Positions 48,837 through 59,108 of a stretch of DNA of 64,000 nt are shown one piece after another. Source of the DNA: Deltaproteobacteria bacterium. GTDB lineage: Bacteria; Desulfobacterota_D; UBA1144; Nemesobacterales; JAJCZQ01. The translations under genes were made by a program, and so were the position numbers. The stretch lies in assembly GCA_029262335.1 (NCBI GenBank), contig JAJCZQ010000039.1, forward strand, positions 2,138 through 66,137. Direction: 5' to 3'. Position 1 is the stretch's first letter. Each line of letters opens with the position of its first letter. The notes beneath the pieces were generated by a model, which worked only from the letters and a program-made list of their open reading frames with translations, was not told the origin of the DNA and ran no database searches.

Positions 48837-49874
48837 TTAACTAACACTAATTTCCTTTAATATATCTAACTGGCTTAATGCGGCACCCGATCCGAGTACA
48901 ACACATGTAAGGGGATCATCTGCAATTTTTACCGGCAGTCCGGTTTCTTCCTTAATAAGATTATCAAGTCCGCCGAGTAAAGCCCCGCCGCCTGCAAGCA
49001 TAATGCCTGTGTCCACAATATCAGCTGAAAGCTCAGGAGGAGTCCTCTCGAGTGTCTGTTTAATTGCTTCAATTATTACACTTATGGGTTCGGACATTGC
49101 ATCCTTAACTTCTTCGGAAGTGATCTCAATTGTCATTGGAATACCCGACCTTAAATCTCTTCCTTTTACCTGCATTACCGCTATATCTTTATTTGCTATT
49201 GCGTTTCCAAGCTTCTTTTTGACCTGCTCTGCTGTTCTCTCACCAACAAGCATGTTGTAATTTCTTTTAACATACTGGAGTATGGATTCATCGAGTTTGT
49301 CGCCGCCTACTTTAACGGATTTGCTTACCACAATTCCGGCAAGTGAAATTACAGCTACACCCGTTGTCCCGCCACCGATATCAACAACCATATTCCCCGC
49401 GGGTTCTGTTACCGGCATTCCGGCACCAAGTGCTGCGGACATGGTTTCTTCAATAAGGAACACTTCCCTTGCACCAGCGGCTTCTGCCGATTCCTTTACG
49501 GCTCTTTTCTCAACTTCTGTAATACCAATCGGTACGGAAACTATAATCCTGGGCCTGACAAGGCTCTTCCTGTTGTTATGAGTTTTTCTGATAAAATATT
49601 CGAGCATTTTCTGGGCAACATCAAAATCTGCAATTACACCGTCACGAAGCGGCCTGATGGCTTTGATGGAACCCGGGGTTCTGCCTACCATTTCATAGGC
49701 TTCCTTGCCTACGGCAAGTATTTTTTTCTGTCCCCTCGAATCTTCCTGGACAGCTACAACGGAAGGTTCGTTTGCAACAATCCCCTTGCTCTTAACATAA
49801 ACCAAAGTATTTGCAGTGCCAAGATCTACTGCAAGATCATTTGAAAAAAGTCCTAAAATAGAATTTATTATCAA
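48837..49874 (-). CDS. mreB: Rod shape-determining actin homologue MreB
   Basis: 345 aa with DLGTANTLVY, VVDIGGGTTGVAVISL and MLAGGGALL. Confidence 0.95.
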   Translation of the reverse strand: MIINSILGLFSNDLAVDLGTANTLVYVKSKGIVANEPSVVAVQEDSRGQKKILAVGKEAYEMVGRTPGSIKAIRPLRDGVIADFDVAQKMLEYFIRKTHNNRKSLVRPRIIVSVPIGITEVEKRAVKESAEAAGAREVFLIEETMSAALGAGMPVTEPAGNMVVDIGGGTTGVAVISLAGIVVSKSVKVGGDKLDESILQYVKRNYNMLVGERTAEQVKKKLGNAIANKDIAVMQVKGRDLRSGIPMTIEITSEEVKDAMSEPISVIIEAIKQTLERTPPELSADIVDTGIMLAGGGALLGGLDNLIKEETGLPVKIADDPLTCVVLGSGAALSQLDILKEISVS

Positions 49875-49999
49875 TTTATATATTTATCCCTCTGAAATTA
49901 AAGTAATTATAAACCACCCAAGGCATATTATTAACTTAAGAATAATATTAGTAGGAGTCTATAAAATCAAGGCTATTTGTAATATAATGGAAAAAAAGT

Positions 50000-51091
50000 C
50001 TAGTTAAAGTTGTTTATGAATGGTAATTCGCAAACAGTTGCATTCAAATACGAGTTTTCCCCGGAATTTATTAATACCGACTGCCCCTGTTCCCTGAATT
50101 CACGCCTTATATAGCCAAGAGCCACTGTTTTACCAAGTGTTTTGGAGAAAGTTGTTGAAGTAATCCTTCCGATCTCTTTGTTATCATTGAATATTTTACT
50201 TCCGACAGTGATTAGAGGATTTTCAGCTATTTCTAATCCTACAAGGTGCCAGTTTACCCTGCCTCTCCATTTTATTCTTGCAATTACTTCCTGGCCTATA
50301 TAACAGCCTTTTTCAAAATCAAGCGCGTCCCACAGACCGGCTTCAATTGGGATTGTGTTTTCATCCATATCTATTCCATGTACGGGAATGCCTGCCTCAA
50401 TTCTCATTGAGTTAAAAGCAGTCCTGCCAAAGGGCTTGAGCTCCGCGGCTTCACCTTTGTTAAGTAATTCCCTGAAAACAGCACTTCCGAGTTCCGGTTC
50501 AGCGATCAGGTCAAACCCGGTTTCGCCTGTACGGTTTATTTTTAATATGAATAGTTCGGTGTTATTAAATTCAGCTGTTTTTGAGTCGTATTCTTTAAGT
50601 TTCTTTGTATCAAGACCGAATACCTCATTCAGTAATTCCCCGGAACCAGGGCCGCAGATATGAAAATGATTATAGTCCTGGGTAGAGTCTTTTATCTCAG
50701 CCCTATATGAAAGTTTAAATTTGTTTAAATGTTCGGCAAGAGCGGATTGTAAATCCGGCTCAGTATCAAAAAGCATAAAGTCCTTAAATTTGAATGCCCT
50801 GATATCGGCAAGCATTCTGCCTTTTACATTTAGCGCAATTGCATGATTACCGCTACCGGCTTCAAGTTTTACCATGTCATTTGTAAGCATGCCCTGGAGA
50901 AGCTTAAGATGGTCTTTTCCCGAAATTGTTAACTTTCCCCTTCCGGACAGATCTGTAATCCCGGAACTTTGCCTTGTATGTATAATTTCATTATCAGGCT
51001 GAGAGTAGTAATCCGGAGTTTGAGAGTCGTTGCCTTCCAGGAAAACTCCTCCGAGCTCTTTGTGGATTTCTGTTAAATTGGATTTTTTCAT
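50000..51091 (-). CDS. YgfZ/GcvT-like folate-binding aminomethyltransferase-family protein
   Basis: 363 aa with ITDLSGRGKLTISGKD, KGCYIGQEVIARI (YgfZ-like KGCYxGQE motif). Confidence 0.7.
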   Translation of the reverse strand: MKKSNLTEIHKELGGVFLEGNDSQTPDYYSQPDNEIIHTRQSSGITDLSGRGKLTISGKDHLKLLQGMLTNDMVKLEAGSGNHAIALNVKGRMLADIRAFKFKDFMLFDTEPDLQSALAEHLNKFKLSYRAEIKDSTQDYNHFHICGPGSGELLNEVFGLDTKKLKEYDSKTAEFNNTELFILKINRTGETGFDLIAEPELGSAVFRELLNKGEAAELKPFGRTAFNSMRIEAGIPVHGIDMDENTIPIEAGLWDALDFEKGCYIGQEVIARIKWRGRVNWHLVGLEIAENPLITVGSKIFNDNKEIGRITSTTFSKTLGKTVALGYIRREFREQGQSVLINSGENSYLNATVCELPFINNFN

Positions 51092-51218
51092 CTTATAATT
51101 TATTATAAAAATTAATGAATCTTTTTGATTATAATATCATTTAATGTATTAAATATGATAAATCAAAAAAGAATAAGTTTCATTCCGGATAATTTTCAAA
51201 TTACATTGAGGTAAAGAA

Positions 51219-52169
51219 ATGTCAAAGAATACAGAATTAAAAGACCATTATAAAGTTGTGATTATGGGTTCAGGGCCCGCAGGCCTGACAGCTGCATTAT
51301 ACACCGCAAGGGCTGATCTTGAACCGGTAGTATTTGAAGGGCTCGAAGCAGGAGGCCAGCTTACGCTTACGACGGATGTCGAAAATTTCCCTGGTTTTCC
51401 AAACGGTGTACTTGGCCCGGAGCTGATGGATTCCATGAAACAGCAGGCCGAGAGATTTGGTGCACATTGCCTTTTCGGGGAAATTACAAAAGTGGATTTT
51501 TCAAAAAGGCCTTTTGTTATAACATCAAACGAAAAAGAGATACTTGCAGAAACCTTTATCATCTCTTCCGGGGCATCGGCAAAAATGCTCGGGCTGGAGT
51601 CCGAAAGAGATCTTCTCGGTTACGGAGTTTCCACATGTGCAACCTGTGATGGGTTCTTTTATAAGGATAAGGAAATTGTTGTAATTGGCGGAGGTGACAC
51701 TGCAGTCGAAGAAGCAATATTTCTGACAAAGTTTGGAAGTAAAGTCACACTTGTACACAGACGTGATGAACTGCGGGCTTCAAAAATTATGCAGGACCGT
51801 GCATTTGCAAATGAAAAAATAGAGTTAGTCTGGGACACTGAGGTTGAAGAGGTCCTTGGTTCAAAAGAAACAGGGGTCAGCGGTGTAAGGGTAAAGAACG
51901 TTAAAACCGGAGAAGTCTCCGAGATAAGCTGCGAAGGATTTTTTGTTGCAATCGGGCATACACCTAATACCGGTTTGTTCAAAGGCCAGCTCGATATGGA
52001 TGAAAATGGATACCTGGTTACGCAAAACGGAACAACCGAGACAAATATCCCGGGAGTTTTTGCTGCAGGTGATGTCCAGGACCATCAGTACAGGCAGGCA
52101 ATTACAGCTGCAGGTACAGGATGTATGGCAGCAATTGACGCTGAGAGATTCCTGAATGAAAATGAGTAG
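51219..52169 (+). CDS. trxB: Thioredoxin-disulfide reductase
   Basis: 316 aa with GSGPAGLTAALY, redox-active CATCDG, GGGDTAVEEA and AAGDVQD. Confidence 0.9.
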   Translation: MSKNTELKDHYKVVIMGSGPAGLTAALYTARADLEPVVFEGLEAGGQLTLTTDVENFPGFPNGVLGPELMDSMKQQAERFGAHCLFGEITKVDFSKRPFVITSNEKEILAETFIISSGASAKMLGLESERDLLGYGVSTCATCDGFFYKDKEIVVIGGGDTAVEEAIFLTKFGSKVTLVHRRDELRASKIMQDRAFANEKIELVWDTEVEEVLGSKETGVSGVRVKNVKTGEVSEISCEGFFVAIGHTPNTGLFKGQLDMDENGYLVTQNGTTETNIPGVFAAGDVQDHQYRQAITAAGTGCMAAIDAERFLNENE

Positions 52170-52257
52170 CTTCTCGACATAAGTTTAATGATTCTAATAA
52201 TTTACACTTGCGAACAAAAAAAAATCCATTAACTTTATAATATAGGTTGGGTGGATT

Positions 52258-52632
52258 ATGGAAGAGTTTTCAGTCAAAAAAGAATCAGGAAAATTTAAGC
52301 TTAACAGAAGAACTACAAAGAGAATAAAGTTTCTGAAAAAAGTGAAATTTGGGATAGGTGAAGCTGTATTCCCAGGTAGTTCCTACAATATCTCGCAAAA
52401 AGGGATTCTGATACATTCATTTAAGGCATTCTTACCCAATACAACACTAAGTATTAAAATTTACAATGATTCAGAAGTAATTGATGTAAATGCTGAAGTA
52501 AAATGGGTCACCAAAACAATTGACCATACCGGCTCTTTTATGGGACTTTATTTTACAGGGAAAAACTTTGAACTCAGCAAACTTTATCATAAAGAGCTCA
52601 AAATCTCCCAGATTCAAAATTTGAGCCATTAG
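52258..52632 (+). CDS. Single-domain PilZ protein (c-di-GMP receptor)
   Basis: 124 aa with RRTTKR (RxxxR) and YNISQKG (D/NxSxxG). Confidence 0.7.
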   Translation: MEEFSVKKESGKFKLNRRTTKRIKFLKKVKFGIGEAVFPGSSYNISQKGILIHSFKAFLPNTTLSIKIYNDSEVIDVNAEVKWVTKTIDHTGSFMGLYFTGKNFELSKLYHKELKISQIQNLSH

Positions 52633-52691
52633 TCTTTATTAAGTTCTTTTTGAATTGACATTCCAACACCCTATCGTTAATCTAATAGCCT

Positions 52692-52937
52692 ATGTTTGGA
52701 TCATTCGGAGCAACAGAATTAATAATTATACTGATTATTCTTTTACTGATTTTCGGGCCAAGCAGGCTTGGTGATCTTGGGTCTGCACTCGGGAAGAGTA
52801 TCAAAGGTTTCAGAAAGTCCATAAAGGATGATGAGATTGATGTGACACCTCCAAAAGAGGATGCCGGGAAAGTGTCCGGCAGCGAACATGAAGGTTTCTC
52901 AGCCCCAAACAGTTCAAAAAAAGAAAATAATAACTAA
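52692..52937 (+). CDS. tatA: Twin-arginine translocase subunit TatA/E
   Basis: 81 aa with MFGSFGATELIIILIILLLIFGPSRLGDLG and an amphipathic helix. Confidence 0.85.
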   Translation: MFGSFGATELIIILIILLLIFGPSRLGDLGSALGKSIKGFRKSIKDDEIDVTPPKEDAGKVSGSEHEGFSAPNSSKKENNN

Positions 52938-53368
52938 TCCGTTTCTTTGCTCACTTCCGCAAGCTCTACAAGCACACCATTCATTGCCTTTGGATGGATA
53001 AATGCAACTTTTGAGTTGTAAGCACCAATTCTGGGCTTTTCATCTATGAGTTTTACACCCTTATCTTTTAGTTCGTTTAAAGATTTTTCAATATCATCAA
53101 CATAAAAACAGATATGGTGTATGCCTTCGCCTTTTTTCTCAATAAATTTTGCGATCGGCGAACTTTCGTCTATTGCTTCAAGAAGTTCTATCGCTGTGCC
53201 TGTCTTTCCGGCCGGCTGCAGCATTGTGGCCCTGACGCCCTGTTCGGGAATTTCTTCTCTGTGGGTTATTTTAAGGCCGACTACATCTTCGTAAAGCTTT
53301 TCAGCATCACTTAGATTGTTTACCGCAATGGCTATGTGGTAGAGACTTCCGTTTTCGTTTTTCTCCAT
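52934..53368 (-). CDS. mce: Methylmalonyl-CoA epimerase (VOC superfamily)
   Basis: 144 aa with HIAIAV..., ELLE and GIHHICFYVDDI. Confidence 0.75.
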   Translation of the reverse strand: MEKNENGSLYHIAIAVNNLSDAEKLYEDVVGLKITHREEIPEQGVRATMLQPAGKTGTAIELLEAIDESSPIAKFIEKKGEGIHHICFYVDDIEKSLNELKDKGVKLIDEKPRIGAYNSKVAFIHPKAMNGVLVELAEVSKETD

Positions 53369-53380
53369 TTTATAGTTTCC

Positions 53381-54127
53381 TTAATTTACAGTGACTGTCA
53401 GTTCCTGAAAGATCTGCCCGCCATCTCCGTCTGAGACCTCGATGCCAATTTTATATTCACCTGCGTCATCAATCCCGTATTCCCAGTTTACTTCACCTGT
53501 TTCAGAATTAATGGTCATTCCCTCCGGAGCATTGCTGAGAGTATAGGTCAGGATGTCACCATCGAGATCACTCGCATCAACAGTGTAATTAAAACTTGAA
53601 CCGTTTATTGTTGCGGCTGGTGTGGATTCAATTACAGGTGGTGAATTTGGAATTGTAAAGCTTCCTTCAGATTTCCAGATGCCTTCGGTCAGATTATCAT
53701 AGGGAATTATTTCAAGAGTTATTACATCACCTTTACTAAACCCTTCATTCCATTCGAGTTTCTGCTCGGTAGCACCAATAATATCAGCCCCGTTGTGTTT
53801 CCACTGGTATATGAAATTTACATCTTCATTCTCTTCATCATGCGTAGTTACAACAGCCTTGAAACCGTCTTTAAGGCTGCTTGAAACAGCCTCTACTTTT
53901 ATCTGTTTGACTTTAGGAGGCCTTTCGGAGAGGCCGGAATCGCCGGAATTGTAGTTGTAATCAGTTTCATCAGATTCTACGGTTTCAGTATCTCTGTCAC
54001 CGTCTGTTTCCCGGGCTGTTTCTTCTGCGGTGTTAACTTCTTCGCTATTATCTTCTATTGTTATATCGTTGCTGCAGGCAGTAAATGTGATAAACAAAAC
54101 TATAAGAAACAAATTTATGTAATTCAT
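53381..54127 (-). CDS. Lipoprotein with cadherin/Ig-like (putative Ig, He_PIG-type) repeats
   Basis: 248 aa with lipobox FTAC, an acidic linker and SNAPEGMTINSETGEVNWEY. Confidence 0.5.
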   Translation of the reverse strand: MNYINLFLIVLFITFTACSNDITIEDNSEEVNTAEETARETDGDRDTETVESDETDYNYNSGDSGLSERPPKVKQIKVEAVSSSLKDGFKAVVTTHDEENEDVNFIYQWKHNGADIIGATEQKLEWNEGFSKGDVITLEIIPYDNLTEGIWKSEGSFTIPNSPPVIESTPAATINGSSFNYTVDASDLDGDILTYTLSNAPEGMTINSETGEVNWEYGIDDAGEYKIGIEVSDGDGGQIFQELTVTVN

Positions 54128-54194
54128 AAATTCCTCCGATACAAAAACTATAGGTATAAGATAATTTTAATTCAAAAATAAATCTTTGTTATAT

Positions 54195-55673
54195 TCAGTT
54201 GTTTTTAAGGCTAAATTTTTCAATGTTGTCACTTTTATTAATAAATTTAATTATTAGCCCCTTACTTTCCTGTAAAAAATTAATACTTTCTTCTTCTTTT
54301 TTAAGCAAATTGTCAATTATATCCGAGTGTGCTTCAAGAGTAATAATTTTGATTTTAGGTTTGTTGGCCAGATGCTTGATTTTTCGAAGTATCTCATAAC
54401 TTACTGTATCCATGGATTTAACTCTTCCAATACCCATACATGTCTGGCAGGGGTCTGCCAGCGTGTTAAGTATACTTTCCCTTGTTCTCTGGCGCGTCAG
54501 CTGAAGGACGGAAAATTGAGAGATGTCCTGAATAACAGTCCTTGCTTTATCCTTTTGAGAGCCTACTTTAAAAGTATTAAAAAGCTTTTTTCTTAATTTA
54601 GGGTCTTTTTGATCTATAAAATCAATGACTATAATGCCCACAAGGTTTCTCAGCCTGATCTGGCGGACTATTTCTTCGGCTGCCTCAAGGTTGATATTGA
54701 GAAGTGTTTTAGTCTGGTCGGATTTTCCGATATACCTGCCGGTATTTACATCTATTACCGTAAGCCCTTCGGTCTCTTCAATAATTAAAAAACCTCCGGA
54801 CTTAAGCCATACCTTTTTCTTGTAAATTTCGTTGACTTCCTTATCAATTTTATATTTTTCAAATAAAGGCTGATCGCTGTTATAGTTTGTTATCTTGATT
54901 TTTTTGTGAATGTATGTTTTTGTAAGATATTTTTTTATCTCGGAAAACAGTTTCTCATCATCAATAATTATTTCATCTATATTGTAGGTGACCAGGTCCC
55001 GAACGGCACGGATTGTCAGGCTTGGGGTCTCATATATTAGGTTGGCTCTTTTTCTTTTTTCATAAGACTTCCTGATTCTTGTCCAGATCTTTATAAGGCT
55101 CTTTATTTCTTTTGATAGTTCTTTTTCACTGACATCCTCTGAAAATGTCCTTGCAATAAATCCGAGATTCTCCGGTTTAAGGCGGGAAATAATTTCTATC
55201 AGCCTCTCCCTTTCTTTTTCATCTTCAATTTTATGTGATATACCCACAATGTTTGCGGCAGCTATAAGTACAAGGTGTTTTCCGGGTATTGAAACATTGG
55301 ATGTAAGTTTTGGCCCTTTCCCATGTACGGGTTCCTTGATAACCTGTACAAGAATGTCCTGGCCCTGGATAAGTTTGTCCTGTATGGACTGTTTACTGTT
55401 TTTTAAATTCTTACGGTCTTCGTCATCCATGAAGTCCGCAAAAGAATCTTCATATACATCTTCAACAGATATAAAACCTGACTTGCCCGAACCTATATCA
55501 ACAAATGCTGCCTGCATGCCGGGTACAATTTTCTCAATTTTCCCTTTGTAAATATTCCCGACCATCTGCGGGGAAAGATTGCGTTCGACATATATTTCTG
55601 CAAGATTGTTTTCTTCAATCAGGGCTACCCTTGTCTCATTGAATGTAGAATTTATTAAAATCTGGTTTCTCAT
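54195..55673 (-). CDS. rng: Ribonuclease G (RNase E/G family)
   Basis: 492 aa with an S1 domain (GNIYKGKIEKIVPGMQAAFVDIG), DVNTGR and a CxxC Zn-link (CQTCMGIG). Confidence 0.85.
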   Translation of the reverse strand: MRNQILINSTFNETRVALIEENNLAEIYVERNLSPQMVGNIYKGKIEKIVPGMQAAFVDIGSGKSGFISVEDVYEDSFADFMDDEDRKNLKNSKQSIQDKLIQGQDILVQVIKEPVHGKGPKLTSNVSIPGKHLVLIAAANIVGISHKIEDEKERERLIEIISRLKPENLGFIARTFSEDVSEKELSKEIKSLIKIWTRIRKSYEKRKRANLIYETPSLTIRAVRDLVTYNIDEIIIDDEKLFSEIKKYLTKTYIHKKIKITNYNSDQPLFEKYKIDKEVNEIYKKKVWLKSGGFLIIEETEGLTVIDVNTGRYIGKSDQTKTLLNINLEAAEEIVRQIRLRNLVGIIVIDFIDQKDPKLRKKLFNTFKVGSQKDKARTVIQDISQFSVLQLTRQRTRESILNTLADPCQTCMGIGRVKSMDTVSYEILRKIKHLANKPKIKIITLEAHSDIIDNLLKKEEESINFLQESKGLIIKFINKSDNIEKFSLKNN

Positions 55674-55839
55674 TATTATTAAATGGCATTAATATTAAGT
55701 TAATTGATATATTATATTTAATGGATTTAGCATATAAAAGTTTTTCTTTACAGAAAAACCTCTTTTAAAATAAAGGTTTTAGGGTTAAAATTTGAGAAAG
55801 AGGTTGATATTTAGCATATTTTGAAGGAGGCAGGGTGGA

Positions 55840-56832
55840 ATGATAAGAATTAGAACCTTCTTAATTCTTTTATTCTTAACAACATTTGTAATAGCACAGG
55901 GGTATCTTCCTTTCCCTAAGGGAGGGACTACCATTTATGTTGTTAAGCCTGGCGATACGCTGTCAGGAATAACTGAGAAATTTTTTGATAATTCACTTTT
56001 ATGGCCAAGACTTTGGGAAATTAACCCCTATATAGATAATCCGCATCTTATCTACCCCGGGGAATCAATTAAATTAACAGATCTTCCCGTAGTCAAGTTT
56101 GACCCAAAAACAAATATCGAAGAACTAAAAAATATTGTCCCGCCCCCACCGGTTTTTTATTATTCCTGGGCACAGGCCGAAGGTTTTGTAACTTCGGGAG
56201 AGTGGGAGCATATGGGTTCGATAATATCATCTGAACCATCAAAGATTCTTCTTGGAACAGGCGACCATGTATATCTTAACGTTGGGTCTAATTTCGGGGT
56301 ACAGCCGGGTGACAAGTTCACAGTATTCAGGGACACATCACCGGTAATGCATCCGATCACAGGAAAACTTGCAGGTTATAAAGTAGCAGTGGCAGGCATT
56401 ATCGAAGTACAGAGAATCCTAGGAAACAACCAGTCTTACGGGATTATTACCGAATCTTACAGGGAAATAACAAGAGGTGCACAGGTAAGGCCTGTAGAAC
56501 CCTTTGTAAAAGAAGTTGTAATGAGAAGAGGTAAAAAACAGACCCAGGGTTTTATCCTTGAGTCCAAAAACAAGACTGCTCTAAGTGGTAACGGGGACGT
56601 AGTTTATATAGATGTAGGAAGGGATGATCACATTGTTCCTGGAAATTCCTTTTCTATTTTTCAGTATACAAGGCATGCCTATGACCCTGACAGGAACCAG
56701 TCCGTAAAAATACCGGGAGTAAATATTGGTAAACTCGTGGTATTAAGAGTTGAAGAAAATACAGCTACCGGTGTAGTTGTAAAAAGTTCACGTCAGATTG
56801 AACCAGGTAATATAGTTGTACTAGATATTTAA
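55840..56832 (+). CDS. LysM-domain peptidoglycan-binding protein
   Basis: 330 aa with a signal peptide and LysM motif YVVKPGDTLSGITEKFF...LWEINPYIDNPHLIYPGESIKL. Confidence 0.7.
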   Translation: MIRIRTFLILLFLTTFVIAQGYLPFPKGGTTIYVVKPGDTLSGITEKFFDNSLLWPRLWEINPYIDNPHLIYPGESIKLTDLPVVKFDPKTNIEELKNIVPPPPVFYYSWAQAEGFVTSGEWEHMGSIISSEPSKILLGTGDHVYLNVGSNFGVQPGDKFTVFRDTSPVMHPITGKLAGYKVAVAGIIEVQRILGNNQSYGIITESYREITRGAQVRPVEPFVKEVVMRRGKKQTQGFILESKNKTALSGNGDVVYIDVGRDDHIVPGNSFSIFQYTRHAYDPDRNQSVKIPGVNIGKLVVLRVEENTATGVVVKSSRQIEPGNIVVLDI

Positions 56833-56855
56833 AATTAAAAACAAAAATTAGAAAG

Positions 56856-56878
56856 GCTGGGTAAATCCCGGCTTTTTT
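56856..56878 (+). terminator. Intrinsic terminator between convergent LysM and EVE genes
   Basis: gctggg-taaat-cccggc followed by T6. Confidence 0.55.
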
Positions 56879-57290
56879 ATTTATTGGATTTGGACAAAGA
56901 AAGTATTATATCGTATTCCTTCTTTCTTATAGGCATTACAGACAACCTGCTTTGTCGAATTAAAGCGATATCTTTTAGTCTTGGTTCTTCTTTTATTGTC
57001 TTTAAAGTTACAGGATTCTCAAGTGTCTTTAGCGGTTTGAGATCGACAACTACCCACCTTTCATCATCAGTTGTAGGGTCCTGGTAGTATTCTTTAATTA
57101 CTTCTGATACTCCTACAATTTCTTTTCCTTCATTGCTGTGATAATACAAAACCAGGTCTTTGCATCTCATCTCTTTCAGATTGTTGCGTGCCTGGTAATT
57201 CCTTACTCCGTCCCAGTAGGTTGATTTGTCATCCAGAAAATTCTGCCAGGAGTATTTAAATGGTTCTGATTTTACAAGCCAGTATTTCAT
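56877..57290 (-). CDS. EVE (PUA-like) domain protein
   Basis: MKYWLVKSEPFKYSWQNF...WDGVRNYQARNNLKEM is a typical EVE N-terminus. The ATG at 57290 is preferred over the TTG at 57305. Confidence 0.75.
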   Translation of the reverse strand: MKYWLVKSEPFKYSWQNFLDDKSTYWDGVRNYQARNNLKEMRCKDLVLYYHSNEGKEIVGVSEVIKEYYQDPTTDDERWVVVDLKPLKTLENPVTLKTIKEEPRLKDIALIRQSRLSVMPIRKKEYDIILSLSKSNK

Positions 57291-57465
57291 TGATCTATGG
57301 CACAAAAAATATAATGCAGCATAACTAACCGCAAATATCTATTTAGATGTCGTTCCCCAAATTTTAACTTTAAACATTACTGATCTATGGCACAAAAGAT
57401 ATAATGCAGCATTACTAACCGCAAATATCTATTTAGGTGCCGTATCCCATATTTCAAATTTTTCA
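57288..57465. repeat. Two tandem copies of a ~90-bp unit covering the EVE gene start and upstream region
   Basis: tgatctatggcacaaaa[a/g]atataatgcagcat[a/t]actaaccgcaaatatctatttag occurs at 57291 and again at 57381. Period is 90 bp, with roughly 8 mismatches over a 75-bp core by eye. Confidence 0.8.
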
Positions 57466-57618
57466 CCAGTAATTATTATATAAATTCTTAGGTTATTTCA
57501 AATAGTCCTTTTCATAGAATGGGATTTCTGTATATTAATTCAGCTTTGAGGCAGTTTGTGTAGAATAACTCCGGTACCGGAGAAAGGATGTTGTTGAATA
57601 AACAAACAGCGAGAAAAT

Positions 57619-58341
57619 ATGATAATAATACCAGCCATTGATTTAAAAGACGGAAAGTGTGTAAGGCTCTTAAAGGGTGAAGAAGGGACAGAGACCGTGT
57701 TTTCAACCAACCCGGTTGAGACAGCCCAAAAATGGGAAAGCTGCGGCGCAAGCTGGATTCATGTTGTTGACCTTGACGGTGCGTTTGAAGGCAGTGCGGT
57801 AAATCAGGAAATAATTGTTAATATTGCAAAGAATGTAAAATGTAATGTTCAGCTCGGCGGAGGTATAAGGGATATGGAGACAGCCTACCTTTATATTTCT
57901 GCAGGAATTGATCGGCTGATTATAGGCACAAAGGCATTTAGTGACCCGGAATTTATAAGTGAATTGTGTTCAAAATACCCTGGAAAAATTTCTGTTGGCC
58001 TTGATACAAAGAACAACAAAATTGCGGTAAAGGGGTGGAAAGAGGTCATTGACCTGGAGATGGATGAGGCAATAAAGGGCCTGGAAAAAAGCGGTGCAGC
58101 AATGTTTGTTCATACCAACGTGGACAAAGACGGTACAATGGAAGGAATTAATACCGAACCTATTGAAAAATTTATCAATTACTGTTCCGTACCTGTAATA
58201 GCTTCAGGCGGTATTGCTACTATGGAAGACCTTGCAAAACTGTCGGTACTTAAAGACAAGGGCCTTTACGGTGTTATACTTGGGAAATCTATATATTCCG
58301 GTTCCATCGATCTTAAAGAAGCAGTTGAAAGGTATAAATAA
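57619..58341 (+). CDS. hisA: ProFAR isomerase
   Basis: 240 aa with [25 protein letters not shown] and ASGGI. Confidence 0.9.
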   Translation: MIIIPAIDLKDGKCVRLLKGEEGTETVFSTNPVETAQKWESCGASWIHVVDLDGAFEGSAVNQEIIVNIAKNVKCNVQLGGGIRDMETAYLYISAGIDRLIIGTKAFSDPEFISELCSKYPGKISVGLDTKNNKIAVKGWKEVIDLEMDEAIKGLEKSGAAMFVHTNVDKDGTMEGINTEPIEKFINYCSVPVIASGGIATMEDLAKLSVLKDKGLYGVILGKSIYSGSIDLKEAVERYK

Positions 58342-59099
58342 TGATATCAAAAAGAATCATACCATGCCTGGATGTTAAAGACGGAAGAGTAGTAAAAGGA
58401 GTGCAGTTCCTTAATCTGAAAGATGCAGGGGACCCTGTTGAAATTGCCAAAAAATACAGCAAAGACGGAGCTGACGAGATAACTTTCCTCGATATCACGG
58501 CTTCACATGAAAACAGAAATACAATGATTGATGTGGTAAAACGTACTGCAAGTGAAGTGTTTGTCCCATTAACAGTTGGGGGAGGGGTTCGGGTGCTGGA
58601 AGATGTCAGGAACCTTTTGCTTGCCGGGGCAGATAAAGTCGCCATTAATACCGCTGCGGTAAAAAATCCTGGTTTTGTAAAAGATGCAGCTGAGAAATTC
58701 GGAAGTCAGTGCATTGTTGTAGCAATTGATGCCAGGTCAAATGGTGAAGGCGGGTGGGAAGTCTATACACACGGCGGAAGAGAGCCTACAGGTATTGATG
58801 CAGTTGAATGGGCCGGTAAGATGGAAGGGCTCGGGGCCGGTGAAATTTTACTTACAAGTATGGATAAAGACGGCACAAAGGACGGGTATGATTTACTATT
58901 AACCAAAGCTGTATCAAGGAAGGTTAAAATCCCCGTTATAGCATCAGGCGGGGCCGGAAATATTGAACACCTTTTCGATGGAATTAAAGAAGGAGAAGCA
59001 GATGCAGTACTTGTGGCTTCGATATTTCATTACGGTGAATATACTATAGAAGAAACAAAGGACTACTTAATTAACAAGGGAATAATAATTAGAAAATAG
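58341..59099 (+). CDS. hisF: Imidazole glycerol phosphate synthase cyclase subunit
   Basis: 252 aa with [24 protein letters not shown] and IASGGAG. Confidence 0.95.
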   Translation: MISKRIIPCLDVKDGRVVKGVQFLNLKDAGDPVEIAKKYSKDGADEITFLDITASHENRNTMIDVVKRTASEVFVPLTVGGGVRVLEDVRNLLLAGADKVAINTAAVKNPGFVKDAAEKFGSQCIVVAIDARSNGEGGWEVYTHGGREPTGIDAVEWAGKMEGLGAGEILLTSMDKDGTKDGYDLLLTKAVSRKVKIPVIASGGAGNIEHLFDGIKEGEADAVLVASIFHYGEYTIEETKDYLINKGIIIRK

Positions 59100-59108
59100 G
59101 CTGCATAA

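Noticed and set aside
55757-55805. A 9-bp inverted repeat (aacctcttt ... aaagaggtt) and an 11-bp direct repeat (atttagcatat) upstream of the LysM gene
   Set aside because: Both are short and AT-rich, and they are expected by chance in an AT-rich spacer. No known motif is present.
57569-57582. The perfect 14-bp palindrome ctccggtaccggag upstream of hisA as a terminator or attenuator
   Set aside because: No U-run follows it and there is no leader peptide with a His run. It is probably a 5-prime UTR stem or an operator, and there is too little evidence to say which.
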